A DNA stretch of 64,000 nucleotides from Octopus sinensis (lineage: Eukaryota), in the NCBI RefSeq assembly GCF_006345805.1, contig NC_042999.1:129580001-129644000 (forward strand), in the 5' to 3' direction. The notes below the pieces were generated by a model, which searched no databases, was not told where the DNA came from, and was given only the letters and a program-made list of their open reading frames with translations. A program made the position numbers and the translations under genes. Position 1 is the first letter of the stretch. Each line of letters begins with the position of its first letter. Below are positions 28,061 to 40,651 of this stretch, piece by piece.

Positions 28061-28704
28061 ACATGTGTGTATATATCTCATATTTTTCCACCCTTATATA
28101 AATGTAGGGTAGCTATGTATATTCTCTAAACCAAGATACTTTGTTTATGGCATAAAATCACCTCTCCTTTCAAATACCACCACCACCACCACCATATTTG
28201 GTTGTGACGGCTTTTCTCTTTTCTAATTCTTTCCTGTCTTGCAAGTTACTTGGAAATCCCCAACTAACATCCAGTACATACTGTAAAGCGGTTGCTGTTA
28301 GGCAGGTACCCAGCTGTAAAAACTATGCCAAAGCTAACATAGAGCATGATGCAGCCCTCTATCTCACTAGATCCTGTCAAACTGATCAAACCATGCCAGC
28401 ATGGAAAACAGATGTAGAACAATTATCATGATGATATATATATATTCAAGTCTGTGATAAAACATTTCATCATGGGCATCACTTCAGGAAAAGAAAAATA
28501 TTCTTTGTTGGTGTCAAACAAAATAAATTTAATTCCAGTGGCAAAAGTAAATGATATGTTTTAAACTAAAAGATCATCATATTAGCATGATTACTTGTTT
28601 TTTTTTCTGCCCAGCTTTGTTTTTGTGGGTTTTTTTGTTTGTTCATTTTTTTGCTTTTTTATTTTCAAATTTCTATCATGTATTTCACCTAAGTATTTTT
28701 TTAA

Positions 28705-28925
28705 CCCTTTAGTGTTCACATTATTCTGCCAAAATTAATCCTTTTTTATCCACATTGTTTTGAACTAATCATGCATTATCTTGTAGTTATGAGATTTTGA
28801 TGAGGAAGCTGTTAATTTTTAAAACGATATTGTAGGGTTGGTGTGAGAGACCAGATATGGCCAGTTTGAACATAAAACAAGCAGAATACTTTTGGCCGGA
28901 TATGGCCGGTTTAAATGCTAAAGGG
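28705..28925. mobile_element. piggyBac-like MITE
   Basis: TTAA|CCCTTT...AAAGGG|TTAA. Confidence 0.75.
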
Positions 28926-28934
28926 TTAAACATA

Positions 28935-29272
28935 AGTGCAGGTATGGATGTGTTATAAGATGTTTGCTTCTCAACTACATGGTCTTGGATTCATTCCTCT
29001 ATCATAGCCTCAAGCTGACCAAAGACTTGTGAGTGGATTTAGTAGACAGAAACTGCAAGAAGCCTGTCACATGTGTGTGTGTGTGTTCCCCACTGCCACT
29101 TGACAACTGGTGTTGGTGTGTTTACATCTCTGTAACTTAGCAAAAGAAACTGATAGAATAAGTATCATGCTTTACAAAGAAATAATAAATGCTGTAACTG
29201 ATTTGTTTGACTAAAATTCTTCAAGGTGGTGCCTTGCATGGCTGCAGTCTAATGAGTGAAAAAGGAAATAAA
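28935..29272 (+). mobile_element. SINE family A
   Basis: Colinear with 4082-4490. Confidence 0.8.
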
Positions 29273-29810
29273 TAATCATATATATACATATACACATTCT
29301 TGGTGGTCTGACCCCCATCACCTGCTTGTCATTCCATTTTGGCTCTGTCTTAACATTCCACTCACTTCCTAAGACTATTTTTCAGAGTGTAGTGACAGAA
29401 GTTATGGATATAATACAGAATACCAGAAATTGAAGAGGTGTACATAGTAGTTTTGCATATTGTAAGTTTAGCATAGGGAAGTTACTTAAGCATTTCTCAA
29501 GGATAGTATTAGTTTTCACAAAAAAATTTCTTCTCTTAACTGGTCTACACATAAACAACAACAACAAAACCAAAAATGAGCATAGGGAACAGGCCCTCTA
29601 AAATATACATAGTAATAAAAATCTGTTAGTGGTAATAGATTAGCTGCTGTTAAATGTTTAATGTATTGTGCCTTGCTCTGGTTTTGTTTGATAGTTGTGG
29701 CATGCTCATGTTTGATAGTTGTTAGCTCCTCATTTCATAAGACTTCTATTTTTTGGAGAAAGGAGATATTTTGAATGGTTCGCCTTGATTATCTTACAGG
29801 CCAATATAAC

Positions 29811-30226
29811 CAGGGTCAGATTGAGACTTAGATGGAGTTTTGGACCAATAGGTTATGGGTACCCTTACAATTTTGCTAATTCAAAATATAAGATAATAAT
29901 GGGAGCCCCTTATAACTAGAAGCCTCAAGCAGTTTGAAAAGGCCCCAAAACTTAAAAGAACCTCAGCATATTAAGAGGAACTCAGTTAAATTTAATGGCT
30001 TTTTAAATTGAATACGGCCCAATTATTTTAAAAACACTCTATTGGATTAAAAAATTCAAAAAGTAAAGCAAAATTACAAATTATTTGATTGCTATACATA
30101 TAAAAAAAAATTTAACTCCAGGCTTTAGGTTTCTCTGAGTTAAAGGGGTCCCCAATGCTTGGGATTTCCCAAGCTTCAGGGCCCCAGGGCCATGGCCCAT
30201 ATTGACCAATACATAAATCCACTGCT
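29811..30226. mobile_element. Old hAT-like MITE
   Basis: cagggtcagatt... / ...aatccactgctg ends, with internal ggggccc motifs. Confidence 0.4.
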
Positions 30227-30354
30227 GAATCAGAGAAGTAGAGAGAATTAACTCAGTACTTAATAGGAACATTATTGGCCTAGGATGGATGAAAGACAAT
30301 GTTGACCTCGTTGAAATATGAAATCTGAATGGAAAAGCAGTAATAAATTTCACA

Positions 30355-31458
30355 AGCTACCCTCAACTGAAGTTGGATTTTCTCTGTTTTCACTGAAAAC
30401 TTCTTTTTTTGGTTTGTTTTGCACCACACACTTCAAGATGATGTGAGGGAGGGAAACCTTTCTAAAAAAATTTTTTAATCCATAATTTGTAAACGTTGCC
30501 TTCACCTTTCTTGTTTTCTACCTTGTACTTTCATGCCAGCTGCCATTAAAATTTTAGCAGACATCAGAGTTAGCCTGTTGGTGCTTCCTAATTTTTTCCA
30601 TGTAATCCAAATTTTTAAAGGAAAAACAGCTTTTAATTCATGTTTTTAAACGTTCCCCCCACCCTGACCAAAAAAAAAAAAAAGCAGCAACCACCACTAA
30701 ATTCTACATTTTGAAACACTTGGAATTCATATTTAAAACAAAACAAAAATTCTTATCACCACTACTCCACTGTATCTACCACAAGTTGATGTGCGAAAAA
30801 TGAAATTAGAATTTTGAAAGAAGTATCTATAAAACGATAATTCTAGTCATTTAAAATGTAGAAAATATCTTTAATTGAAGAAAAAAGTATAATGGGATCT
30901 AAAATATCTCAGCAGCACCTTGCCATAAATAAAACTTCATATATATTTCTGTTTGTCTTTGTCTTGTGTTAGACATAAAAAAATGGTTTGTAGTATTAAA
31001 TTTCATGGAAATTATGTCAGTAAGGTAGGTATTAATATAGTCTTTTTCTCTTAATTCAATTTTTACATTAAAAAAAAAATGTTTTTACAATATGGCAAAG
31101 AAAATATAAAAAGAAAATAATGAAACAAAACAAAAAATTTTAATCAAGAAAGGTACAATGGAGGAAGAGATTCAATTTTTTTTTTTTTTAATGTTTTCCT
31201 CTAAAAAAATTGGACTACATGTGTTTCAGAATAAGAAAAAAATTTTTTTTTTTAATGGTGATGATTGTCGTTAAGGTATGATGGGAGGAAGAATATGAAG
31301 GTAACGTTTAAAAAATTATGGATAAAATGTATTTTGTTTTAGGAAAGCCCAACCCCTCTCCCCATCATTTTGAAGTGCATAGTGCAAAACAAAATCTATA
31401 AATAGATTATGAAAATCCTGGCAAAAACGGAGAAAATCAAACATATGCAGGACAACTA
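30355..31458. mobile_element. Old foldback/MITE element with long diverged TIRs (at least 170 bp)
   Basis: gttggattttctctgtttt..ttttgcaccacacacttcaagatgatg..ccataatttgtaaacgttgccttca is mirrored at about 31290-31458. Confidence 0.6.
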
Positions 31459-31831
31459 TTCCGAAACTCAATCTATAATCTTTTAAATGTTGCTGTCTTC
31501 TCCATTCCCTTGTACCTTACCGTGCTAAGGAAAGGATCTCCAAGATGGAAATCAAGTAACAACATAGTGTGTTTCGTGACACCCAACATACTGACATATG
31601 AAGGCGAGTACTTTTTTTTGGCTTTTGCTGACAGCCTACAATCACATAGTTAGTATGGATCCTATAAGCTATGCCACTTTCACCACCCTTCTTTTCTAAA
31701 ATATACTTGAAAATGATTCCCCACTCTCTGTCCTCTATTCCTCCTCAAGTGGGCTGAGAATAGGGCTCGCAAAAAACCGATAATTCCCAAAACCGAGTTC
31801 AAGTATAAGTAATTCTCAAAACCGGTTTTCG

Positions 31832-32063
31832 CGGGTACTACTTAAGAAGAGTGGTCCCGGTGCGCGCACTCGCGCATCCGCGCTAGCTAGTCGTGACTAG
31901 TCGATCCTTACTTTGTGTTTTATTTACTTTGTGTAAAAAAATTATTTATTTTGTGTTTTATTTACTTTGCTAGGTAGTTGTTGTAGGATCAACTAGTCAC
32001 AACTAGCGGGTGCTCGAGTACGCGAGTGCACGCACTGGGATCATTCTTCTTAAATAGTACCCG
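31832..32063. mobile_element. Inverted-repeat MITE inside the hAT element
   Basis: CGGGTACTACTTAAGAAGAGTGGTCCCGGTGCG... / ...CGCACTGGGATCATTCTTCTTAAATAGTACCCG; no clear TSD. Confidence 0.65.
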
Positions 32064-33318
32064 AATTCTTTAGAGATTTCAAATCCATCTGTTACCATCT
32101 TGGGCTCTTCATTCATTTTCTTCATTGCGCTTGTGTATTCACGAATGAGTTCATTACCTTCGTAAGTAGATGGGACAACAGTAACACTTGTTTTTAGGTT
32201 CCCTCCTATTTCATTTTCTTTGTGTAATTCTGTTGTGTTCTCAGCATCATGTTAGGAAATAATCTATATGTTTGTTCAGCATACTTCCTTAAATGTTGTT
32301 TCGTTAAAAAATAGAAAAGGTCCAGAAATTGACTCACCTTTAAATTTCCTTGGGTTATGTAAATACCTCAAGAGAGTTTCGACATTTCTTCTCTTATTAT
32401 ATCTATGCATAAGTCTTTCACGAAGATTTAGAGCCAAAGGATTGCCGACGATATTAAGTTTATTCAATAAAAATTCTATAGAATATTCCGCTTTCAGTAA
32501 ACCCGTATCATGAGCGCAAATAGCCTTCAAAATAATTTCTACTGAATGCAGAATTTCATTTAGTAAATTGAGAGATTTCCATTCTTCGTCAGCGACGGCA
32601 TCTGTGGAAAGTTCTGCTCGTAGAGCATTTGGAATGCAGCTTTTCAATTTCAAAAATCTCTCTATCATATGGAATGTGCTATTCCACCAAGTTCTGCAAT
32701 CCCGTATAAGTTTATATTCTCTGTTATCAAAGTTCGCTCGTACAAAATCTTGCAAAATTTCATTTATTGTAGGAGATTTACGGAAAAGTTTTGAAATTTT
32801 CTTACCTTATTTAAAACTTTGTTAAATTCAGGTTTTAGCTGGGGAAAACAAGCATTTTCGTAAGCCAAATCTGTTTGACAAACTATGTCTTGTTGGCTTA
32901 TGTCAGCTTCATCATCACTATCGTCTGTTATAGCGATCTCTTCACTTTTTTTGTCAAAAAATTTAGTGTTACTTCCTTGAAATGAATCTGGAACTGGCTA
33001 TTACATATGCTCAACGAGAAAGATCACCCGACTGAAGACTAACAGCATTCCCTTGACTTGCTATGAATAAACTCAGTTACCAGCAAATTCAAAGAGTCAG
33101 CCAGGGGTTAGCGAAGGAGATGACTAGGTGCTGATCTAAGGTTCAAGGGGAAAGAGGGTGAGAATTGATATGTTGCGACATGTTTTAATGAAACAGACAG
33201 CACTCTCAACTAAAGGTGACCGACAACAGTTCAGTTAGTTCAGTTTCAACGATATTTCTTGAAAAGAAAAAAATGGAGAAATGTTTTGCAAAAAAAAAAA
33301 AAAAAGAAAAGAAACAGC

Positions 33319-33433
33319 GGATCTTTTCACTTTGACCGGCACATTTAAAAAATAGTTATTTGTAACTAAACACTTTTAAACTTCGTATACTGGTAATTTG
33401 TGTTACATAAAACTTCTATTATTGAAAAGATCC
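33319..33433. mobile_element. 115-bp mini DNA transposon (Merlin-like: GG ends, 8-bp TSD)
   Basis: TSD GAAACAGC on both sides; TIR GGATCTTTTCA / TGAAAAGATCC; homologous to the end of 62139-62701. Confidence 0.75.
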
Positions 33434-34357
33434 GAAACAGCAAGCCTTAAAATCGGTTTTGGCAAATCGGTTTCGGTTTTACTGATCATAATATAAAACC
33501 GGCTTCGAGGCCTAGCTGAGAAGAAAAGTTCTGACTCGAAACTTTTCAACTAAGTCCACTATACAACTTTGGGAGTTTAGGGTTGGAGTTAAAGATTTAG
33601 GGTTAGAGTTGAGGCCTGGGGTTAGTGTTTAGCATTTGTCTAACCAGTGGATGACCTGGGGTTAATCAAATAGTAACATATTTTTTGTTAACATTTTTCA
33701 AAAATTTTTCTAGAACAAGTGAATAACAAAATCAGATTCAGCAAGAAAATTTACATCAATATGCCATATTTGTGTGTGTGTGTGTGTGGGGGGGGGGGCA
33801 ATACATTACTTGTAACGAAAATTCAAAAACAAAAGTTCAGAGTTTGGGATACATAGTGATTGTAGTTTTAAGCAGACAACAGCTTGACTTGTTACTATGG
33901 AAACAGGCACCAATGTGGCTCTGGCTTACAATTGGTTAAAATTACCCAAAATTTGCAAACTTTAAAAGCTATTAACTTTTTGGCTATTAATTTATGCCAA
34001 AAATGAATTTCATTTCCATACATCAACACGCAAAATCTGAAATCAGCTGGAACAAAATTGAAGGAATTAAAAAGTGAAAACCAAACAGAAACGATCCAGA
34101 CCAGATATTGTGATTAAACGAAATAATATTTTTTGTCTTGGTGTCACCAGGAAGATTGACCTGACTAGTTTCAGCATTTATTACTGCTCCATTGAAGATC
34201 GATTATTCATTATCCTGACCACAGAGAGAATAGTAGCTGATAGCTATTTATAGGTTCCACAAGCTCAGATGCAACTAGCAGACCAACTAAATTGGTCTGC
34301 TGTATTTTGTATAACATTGCATTGGCAATGAATAATTAATAGAAATACTGCACTACA

Positions 34358-34750
34358 TTATTCTTTTACTTGTTTCAGTCATTTGACTGCGGCCATGCTG
34401 GAGCACCGCCTTTAGTCGAGCAAATAGACCTCAGGACTTTTTCTTTGTAAGCCTAGTACTTATTCTATCGGTCTCTTTTGCTGAACCACTAAGTTAGGGG
34501 GACATAAACACACCAGCATCGGTTGTCAAGCGATGCTGGGGGAGGGGGACACAAACACAGATACACACACACATATATATATACATATACATGTATACGA
34601 CGGGCTTCTTTTCAGTTTCCGTCTACCACATCCACTCACAAGGCTTTGGTCGGCCCAAGGCTATAGTAGTAGAGACTTGCCCAAGGTGCCACGCAGTGGG
34701 ACTGAATCCGGAACCATGTGAATGGTAAGCAAGCTACTTACCACACAGCC
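34358..34750 (-). mobile_element. SINE family A, relatively young copy
   Basis: Full length, with CpGs retained. Confidence 0.88.
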
Positions 34751-35817
34751 AAGGATAAACATAACTAAGATAAATTTAAAAGTATGTGTTCTTAGTAAAA
34801 AAATATTTTTAACCTCATTAAAGTTACATACTTGAATACAGATCTTCTCTCAGAGGCCAGAAAAACATATTGACCTGACAAGTTTCAGAATTTTTTAATA
34901 TTTCATTAGAATGATTATATATTTTTCCCAATGTAAAAATGTTCGTCATGTGATAAGCAGGCTTAAATACACTGTACCATGCTCATAAGATGCAATAGAC
35001 TGAGACCTGCCTATAAGCTTATATAGTTGTCTCTTCATGCAAACAAAGCTCAAATATTCCTTTCCTTAAGTACGTAAATTAACTTCGTGAAATACATAAT
35101 TTTTCGAAATTATCTCCTTTTTTTCTTCGGGATTTGGTAACAGTCGGGATGTACGCATATGCGGGCATTTTTAAATTTGAGAGAAGGGAGACAACTTCAC
35201 ACACAAATTTGTAATTCTCTCCCTTATACCATAAGCAATGTGCATGCATATGTACGAGTGTCTATTTATCTATCTATCTATCTATACGTGCGTGTGTGTG
35301 TGTGTATAGTATAAGAGAGAGAGAGAGAGAGAGAGAGAGGTAGTGAGCTGGTAGAATAATTAGTGCATCAGATTAAACACTTGGCAGCATTTCTTCTGGT
35401 TTTCTACATTCTGAGTTCAAATATTACTGAGGTCAACTTTGTTGTTCATCATTTTAGGATTGATAAAATAAGGTACTAAGCAAGTACTGGACTCGATATA
35501 ATCAATTAGCTTCTTCCCCTTAAAATTACTGGCCTTGAGCCCAAATTTTAAACTCTGTGTGTGTATGGTTCAAAACCAATTAATGATGTATTCTACACAG
35601 ATGGCTCCCAAACACTATCCAGTTTGAATATCTACAAGGCTGACTGGAAGTCAATTGATAAACGGATACTCCAGCAAAATCGGTTTAAAAGTCACTCTAT
35701 ACAAGACATTGATATGAAACTAAAAGAATTTATGTCAATAATGCAAACCATATGCATTAAACTTGTCCCAGAGAAGAGAGTGACTACATACAAAAAAAAC
35801 ATGATCCTCTGAGATAG

Positions 35818-35981
35818 TGTTATATCACAATACTACACAGTGGCTGTGTGAGCTATGGAATCTTCGTCGCCACTGTTATGTCGCACGACCTCTACTCAAC
35901 TCGACTCTGTACTCTCTCTTCTCCCTCGATATCTACATATTGGGCTAGCCTACTTCATCGTCTGCGGGCGTCCACACAACA
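35818..35981. mobile_element. Short solo LTR (164 bp)
   Basis: TGTT...AACA termini with 5-bp TSD GATAG. Confidence 0.7.
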
Positions 35982-36548
35982 GATAGTCACTTAAATAGAC
36001 AGTAAATAGACAAATTAAATCCCTCCACAAAGAGTTACTTGTAGAGATTGAAAATAAAAGGAAAGGACAGAAAGAGAAACAAAGGCAATGGAAAATATAG
36101 AAGTCTTCTACAAGTTTGTGAAAGAATCTGCTTCAGTGCACTACAAGATAGGGTCACTGTTTTAAGAACCCAGCTCATTCACAGGAGGGTAGATGAAGTG
36201 CTAAATAAATAATCCCAATATGTCTTCACATTTACACAGGGAAACATGCAAATAAGTAAGCCTGAAGTGTTTTTCAACACTGCAGATCTACATGGGTAAG
36301 CTGTAATGTCAGCCATTGAGTAGATGAATTCAAACTCAGCAATGGGCCCTGATGGATTTCTAGCTGTTTTTTTAAAAGGTGTGCAAGAAAGTTCTCATGA
36401 AATCACTGTAGATACTTTTTCAGAGTTTCCTTGAATATAGCAAATTTCCCAAACTGTTAAAAGAAGGTATCATATGCCCTGTCCATAAAGGAAGAGGCAG
36501 AGCAGATGCTGAACATTACAGGCCTATCTCTCTGGCTTCACATGTTAG

Positions 36549-37763
36549 TGTAGCGTGGCAGTTTCAGCCATTTTGAAATATGACTATAGCGATTTCTAAT
36601 ATCTTCACTATTTGAAAGGCAAGGCAGAAATGATCTCGTTTGAGGTTACAGCCATCTTTGGCCAACTTGTTCCTGTTGTAAACACTAACCTGATTGGTTG
36701 ACACGTGACGCGATTTGTCTCCACTTATTTTCGCGCCACTGTCCCGAAACAACCAATCACGACCTTTGGTTAAGGTCCCATTTCCTAGGCTCTGTTGAGC
36801 CACCTTACTTGTATATAAGGGAGTGTTTTCAGTATACTTGCATCTTTGGTTCCAGTCCTTATAAGGGCTAACCTCTGACCACAGAGCTACTCAACATGTT
36901 CCAGTCACAGCAACAGACGATCAGCCACGACGACGCTAATGTACACTCACCACAGAAAGCCTTCTATCTCCGCCGCCGTCATCACCATCATTGTACCAAC
37001 ATCGTCTCCATCTACGAAGATTCAACTTGTACACGACAAGATAAATACAGATTCAACTCATGCTGTTAGTGTGAAAATCTCACCACGGAAAAACAGTTGC
37101 AGTATATATATCTGAAAGAATATCTATATCAAGAGAAAAATAACCAATCAAAACATGATATGAAGACGCTATAGTAAACCAAGCGACAGACATAACGTCA
37201 TCGTCAACATTGTCTCTATCTACGAAGATTTAACTTGTACACAAGATAACTACAGATTCAACTCATGCTGTTAGGTGAAAATCTCACCACGGAAAAACAG
37301 TTGCAGTATATATATCTGAAAGAATATCTATATCAAGAGAAAGATAAGCACAACAAGTGATTCAACTAATCTCAGCTCCAAGACACAACATCTTGATATT
37401 GAATGCTTACACTTCGTGTACCTCATGAACAGTAAATCAATTTCCATCATTAACTCTATGCTCTGTACCTACTATGTCACACGCTTTCACCCTTATTGTA
37501 TCTGTCACACACATGAACACACAGACACAAATACATGTTGCATGCACACATGCACTTGCTAGCACTCACAACCTTCTAACCTTAACACCAATTGTAAATA
37601 AAATCTTATCTTCTCTCAAACGGTGGAACGGTTTTGTCGTCAATTCACCTATGTTCTTTTTGTACTGCATTGTATTTATGGCTTACAATAATTTGTTAAG
37701 AATATGACCACGTGCGATCGTATTCCCTACACAATGCGATCACGTGCGTTCGTATTACTTACA
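36549..37763 (+). mobile_element. Solo LTR (1215 bp, Gypsy-like) with an internal tandem duplication
   Basis: TGTA...TACA termini, 4-bp TSD TTAG; TATATAA near 36812 and AATAAA near 37597; duplicated block at about 36976-37143 and 37196-37348. Confidence 0.8.
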
Positions 37764-39127
37764 TTAGCAAGGTCATGGAACACATTGTCAGAAGGAGGTT
37801 GATCACATTCCTGGAATAAAATAATTTGCTCATAAACAACATGACTTCCATCTGGGGAGAAGCTACCTCACACAGCTACCACAGCATTGTGACTGGGTGG
37901 TGAAACAACAGCTCAACAACTCAAATGTGGATGTGATATATCTTGACTTTGTCAAAGCCTTTGACAAAGTTGATCATGGGATGATACATCACAGACTACA
38001 TGAACTTGGTATCATTGGAAAACTGGGAGAGTGGTTGCATGACTTTCTAAACGGCAGAAGTCAGACAGTTGCAGCCAATGGTGCTCTCTCTGGAGAGACA
38101 TCAATTCATAGCAAAGGTCTTCAAGGAACTGTACTGGGACCATTACTGTTTGTGGTGGCTATCTCATCCATACCCTCAGCCATACAGACAACCACTCTCA
38201 CCACCTACACTGATGATACAAAAGTATCATAGGCTGTCAAGAACCCTGGTGACATATTAAAACTGCAAAACAACCCGCATGCAATATACAAATGGGCAAC
38301 TAAAAATAACAATACTGAGAAGTTTCAAGCACTCCACCATTGCTCCCCCCACACACACACACACATGCACGCACGTACAAGTGCGCATGCATGTGCATGC
38401 ACACACACACACACACACACACATCCTATAAGATACCAGTAAGATGAATACATAGCCATGGCTATGTGGTAAAGAACTTCAATTTGCAAAAGAAAAAAAA
38501 CTCCTGGAGTAAATATAGAGAAATCCTATGTCACTGAGTACATACATTAACACTAGAAGGAATGTTTGTGGAATATTCCCATCAAAATTTCTACCAGGTG
38601 CAAATATAACAGGTCATATATTGTTGTTTGGAACAGATAAGCAAAAGTATGTACCATCATAGAGGTTAGCTGCTTGGCCAATGTGAATATCTGTTTGAAA
38701 ATTAGAGAGAGACAATTGCTTTAAAACTTCTAGATTCTATACTCTGGTTATAAATTCACATTTACACCAAAAGTGTCAATTTGGTTAAGTTGGGCTTTTC
38801 AGACAAAAAAAGAAATCTATCAGCTAACTCAGACATTGCAAATAAAAACATTCTATAAGCAGAATAGTAAAATTTACAAAACTCTCCTCAACTTCAAAAT
38901 GTGAATTTGTTTTTGTAATCTACATTCCAATGATAGAGCTTTGTATCTTTGTTAGAAACCACTCCTCCCTTACAGGAAAACTTCAAATAATTAAAAATAT
39001 AAGAGAACACATATATATAGACATTCACATACACACACTTATTTGGTATAATTATCTGCATATCAGAAATTCATCAATAAATTCCAGTAGAATAAAGAGT
39101 CAAACTTTTCAGTATATAAAATTGTAC

Positions 39128-39138
39128 TTTATTTTATT
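39128..39138 (-). terminator. Tandem AATAAA polyadenylation signals, candidate CFAP276 3' end
   Basis: Plus-strand tttattttatt gives two overlapping AATAAA on the minus strand, about 150 nt after the stop. Confidence 0.45.
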
Positions 39139-39282
39139 GCTTAAACTTTTGCCAAAATAACATTGTCCTTTGAATGTTATATGTTCACTGGGAAACAAGA
39201 AACACTTTAGCTGTCCAGAAACTCATAGAACCTCGAAATTTGTCTGATATCTATTGTAATACAGTACAATATATCAAATGTG

Positions 39283-39353
39283 TTAAGTAGAGTAATATCC
39301 TCCATCAGGCTTTCGAGAGTATCCCCGGTTTGTTATTTGAGTATGGTATGATT
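39283..39353 (-). CDS. CFAP276: CFAP276/C1orf194 last coding exon (ESYHTQITNRGYSRKPDGGYYST*)
   Basis: Acceptor ttttgtttttcag|; characteristic C-terminal TNxGYSRKxDGG(F/Y)(F/Y)ST motif; TAA ends at 39283; summed CDS is 510 nt = 169 aa plus stop. Confidence 0.92.
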
Positions 39354-39714
39354 CTGAAAAACAAAAGATTATAAAAAGAGTCTTAATGATAATAATTATT
39401 ATTATTTCCCCAGAACTAAAGTGAATTCAAAGCTTATTTGCCATTTGGTAATAAGGAAAGAAAACAAACAACAAATCTCAGTATATCAGCATAACATATT
39501 TTTTACTCAATATATTCCTATGAACTGCAGTGGCCTGCACCTTTAGCAAATATCCATAGTGATTGTAGCTTGAATTATTTTTCTTACTTATATTTGGGCA
39601 TACTATCACAGAAAGTTGCAATGACAATGAATGCTAACTTCCAGTGATCTTTGTATCCAATATCTTTCTCCTTACCCCTGAGTATTGGAACTTTAAAATG
39701 TTTTAACTATTTTC

Positions 39715-40107
39715 AGGTTTGTATATTGTACCAAATATCTGCACTGACAAGGAAGTTAAGTGGTGACCACACTTCTCTCTTGTGTACTGCCTTTAATATC
39801 TCTTGGCACTCACACACAACTAACAAGATCTTATATGGGCATCTTCCAAAGATCTCAACTGTCATAAGAAAATATTGTCTGGTTCTTGCTGGACATGTAA
39901 TGAAATACAGTGGAGCTGTTGCAAGAATTCTATTATGGTTCCCCAATGTCACTCATAGACGTGATTACACAAACCTGACCCCTAAGAAAATCATTGAGGA
40001 AGACGTTGGACTATATGACAGTGTCTTTATGAACATAATGCAAGACTGTGATACATGGAAGAACTTCATAATGTCACCAATTGGTGTTGGATGATTAAAA
40101 AAAAAAT
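39715..40107 (+). mobile_element. RTE/RTE-X LINE 3' fragment
   Basis: AFNISWHSHTTNKILYGHLPKISTVIRK..LVLAGHV..ILLW.P, followed by an A-tail. Confidence 0.75.
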
Positions 40108-40506
40108 TATGTCAATGTATGCAATAAATATTATTTTTAGTTAGCATAATGAAAAACAAAATGATTAAGAGAAATCATTAATATTTCATTTTTGCAGAAA
40201 AAATACAAGAGAGATATATACTGTTTTTTCAGATAGTGACACTTATTGATTTATGCGAAAATTTTATAGATTTAAAAGCATTTTCTTGCTTAGCTGTAGG
40301 TCAAGCCTGACTGGACATGCCTATGATTAAACTGTCACCATACCACCATTTTTTTGTATATCCAAGACTACAGTGTCCAGTATGTCCTCCCTATTTTTAA
40401 AACAATAGGATGTGATTTGAGGGCGACTTATCTTCTATTTCTAGCAAGTTGAGTGATCAAGTAGACATTGCATTGTTGTCTCAATAGATTTTTTTTTTTG
40501 ACAGAG

Positions 40507-40651
40507 CGGGCATGAGCAACCTTCTACAAAAAGCTAGCTGTATGAAATATGACTCATCATCAGGCAGGCTGCACTACTAAAATATCTTAAAATAATTTTT
40601 CATTGGTGTGCCATTCTGAAATACCCGCAGGCTACAGTTTGCCCATGACTG
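40507..40651. mobile_element. hAT-like MITE
   Basis: cgggcatgagcaac / gtttgcccatgactg TIR-like ends; no good TSD. Confidence 0.45.

Larger units (their letters stand above)
31761..33514 (-). mobile_element. hAT (Ac-like) transposon, deleted, with nested inserts
   Basis: Perfect 8-bp TSD GCTGAGAA; TIR TAGGGCTCG / CGAGGCCTA; AAACCG subterminal repeats; transposase fragment 32276-32800 (DCRTWWNSTFHMIERF..EEW). Confidence 0.92.
35570..38340 (+). mobile_element. CR1-clade LINE ORF2 remnant interrupted by two solo LTRs
   Basis: KADWKSI, SAMGPDG, YRPISLASHV|SKVME, VDVIYLDFVKAFDKVDHG, GTVLGPLLF, YTDDTK. Confidence 0.9.

Noticed and set aside
32967-33255. Possible solo LTR inside the hAT
   Set aside because: No matching TG..CA pair with a TSD found
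33891-33904. Perfect X-box-like GTTACTATGGAAAC
   Set aside because: Lies within an apparent repeat-derived segment and is not next to a defined TSS
34150-35010. Weak similarity between about 34155-34285 and about 34868-35007 (attgacctgac.agtttcag) as possible paired snoRNAs or miRNAs
   Set aside because: No convincing C/D or H/ACA boxes or shared hairpin; could be an old local duplication
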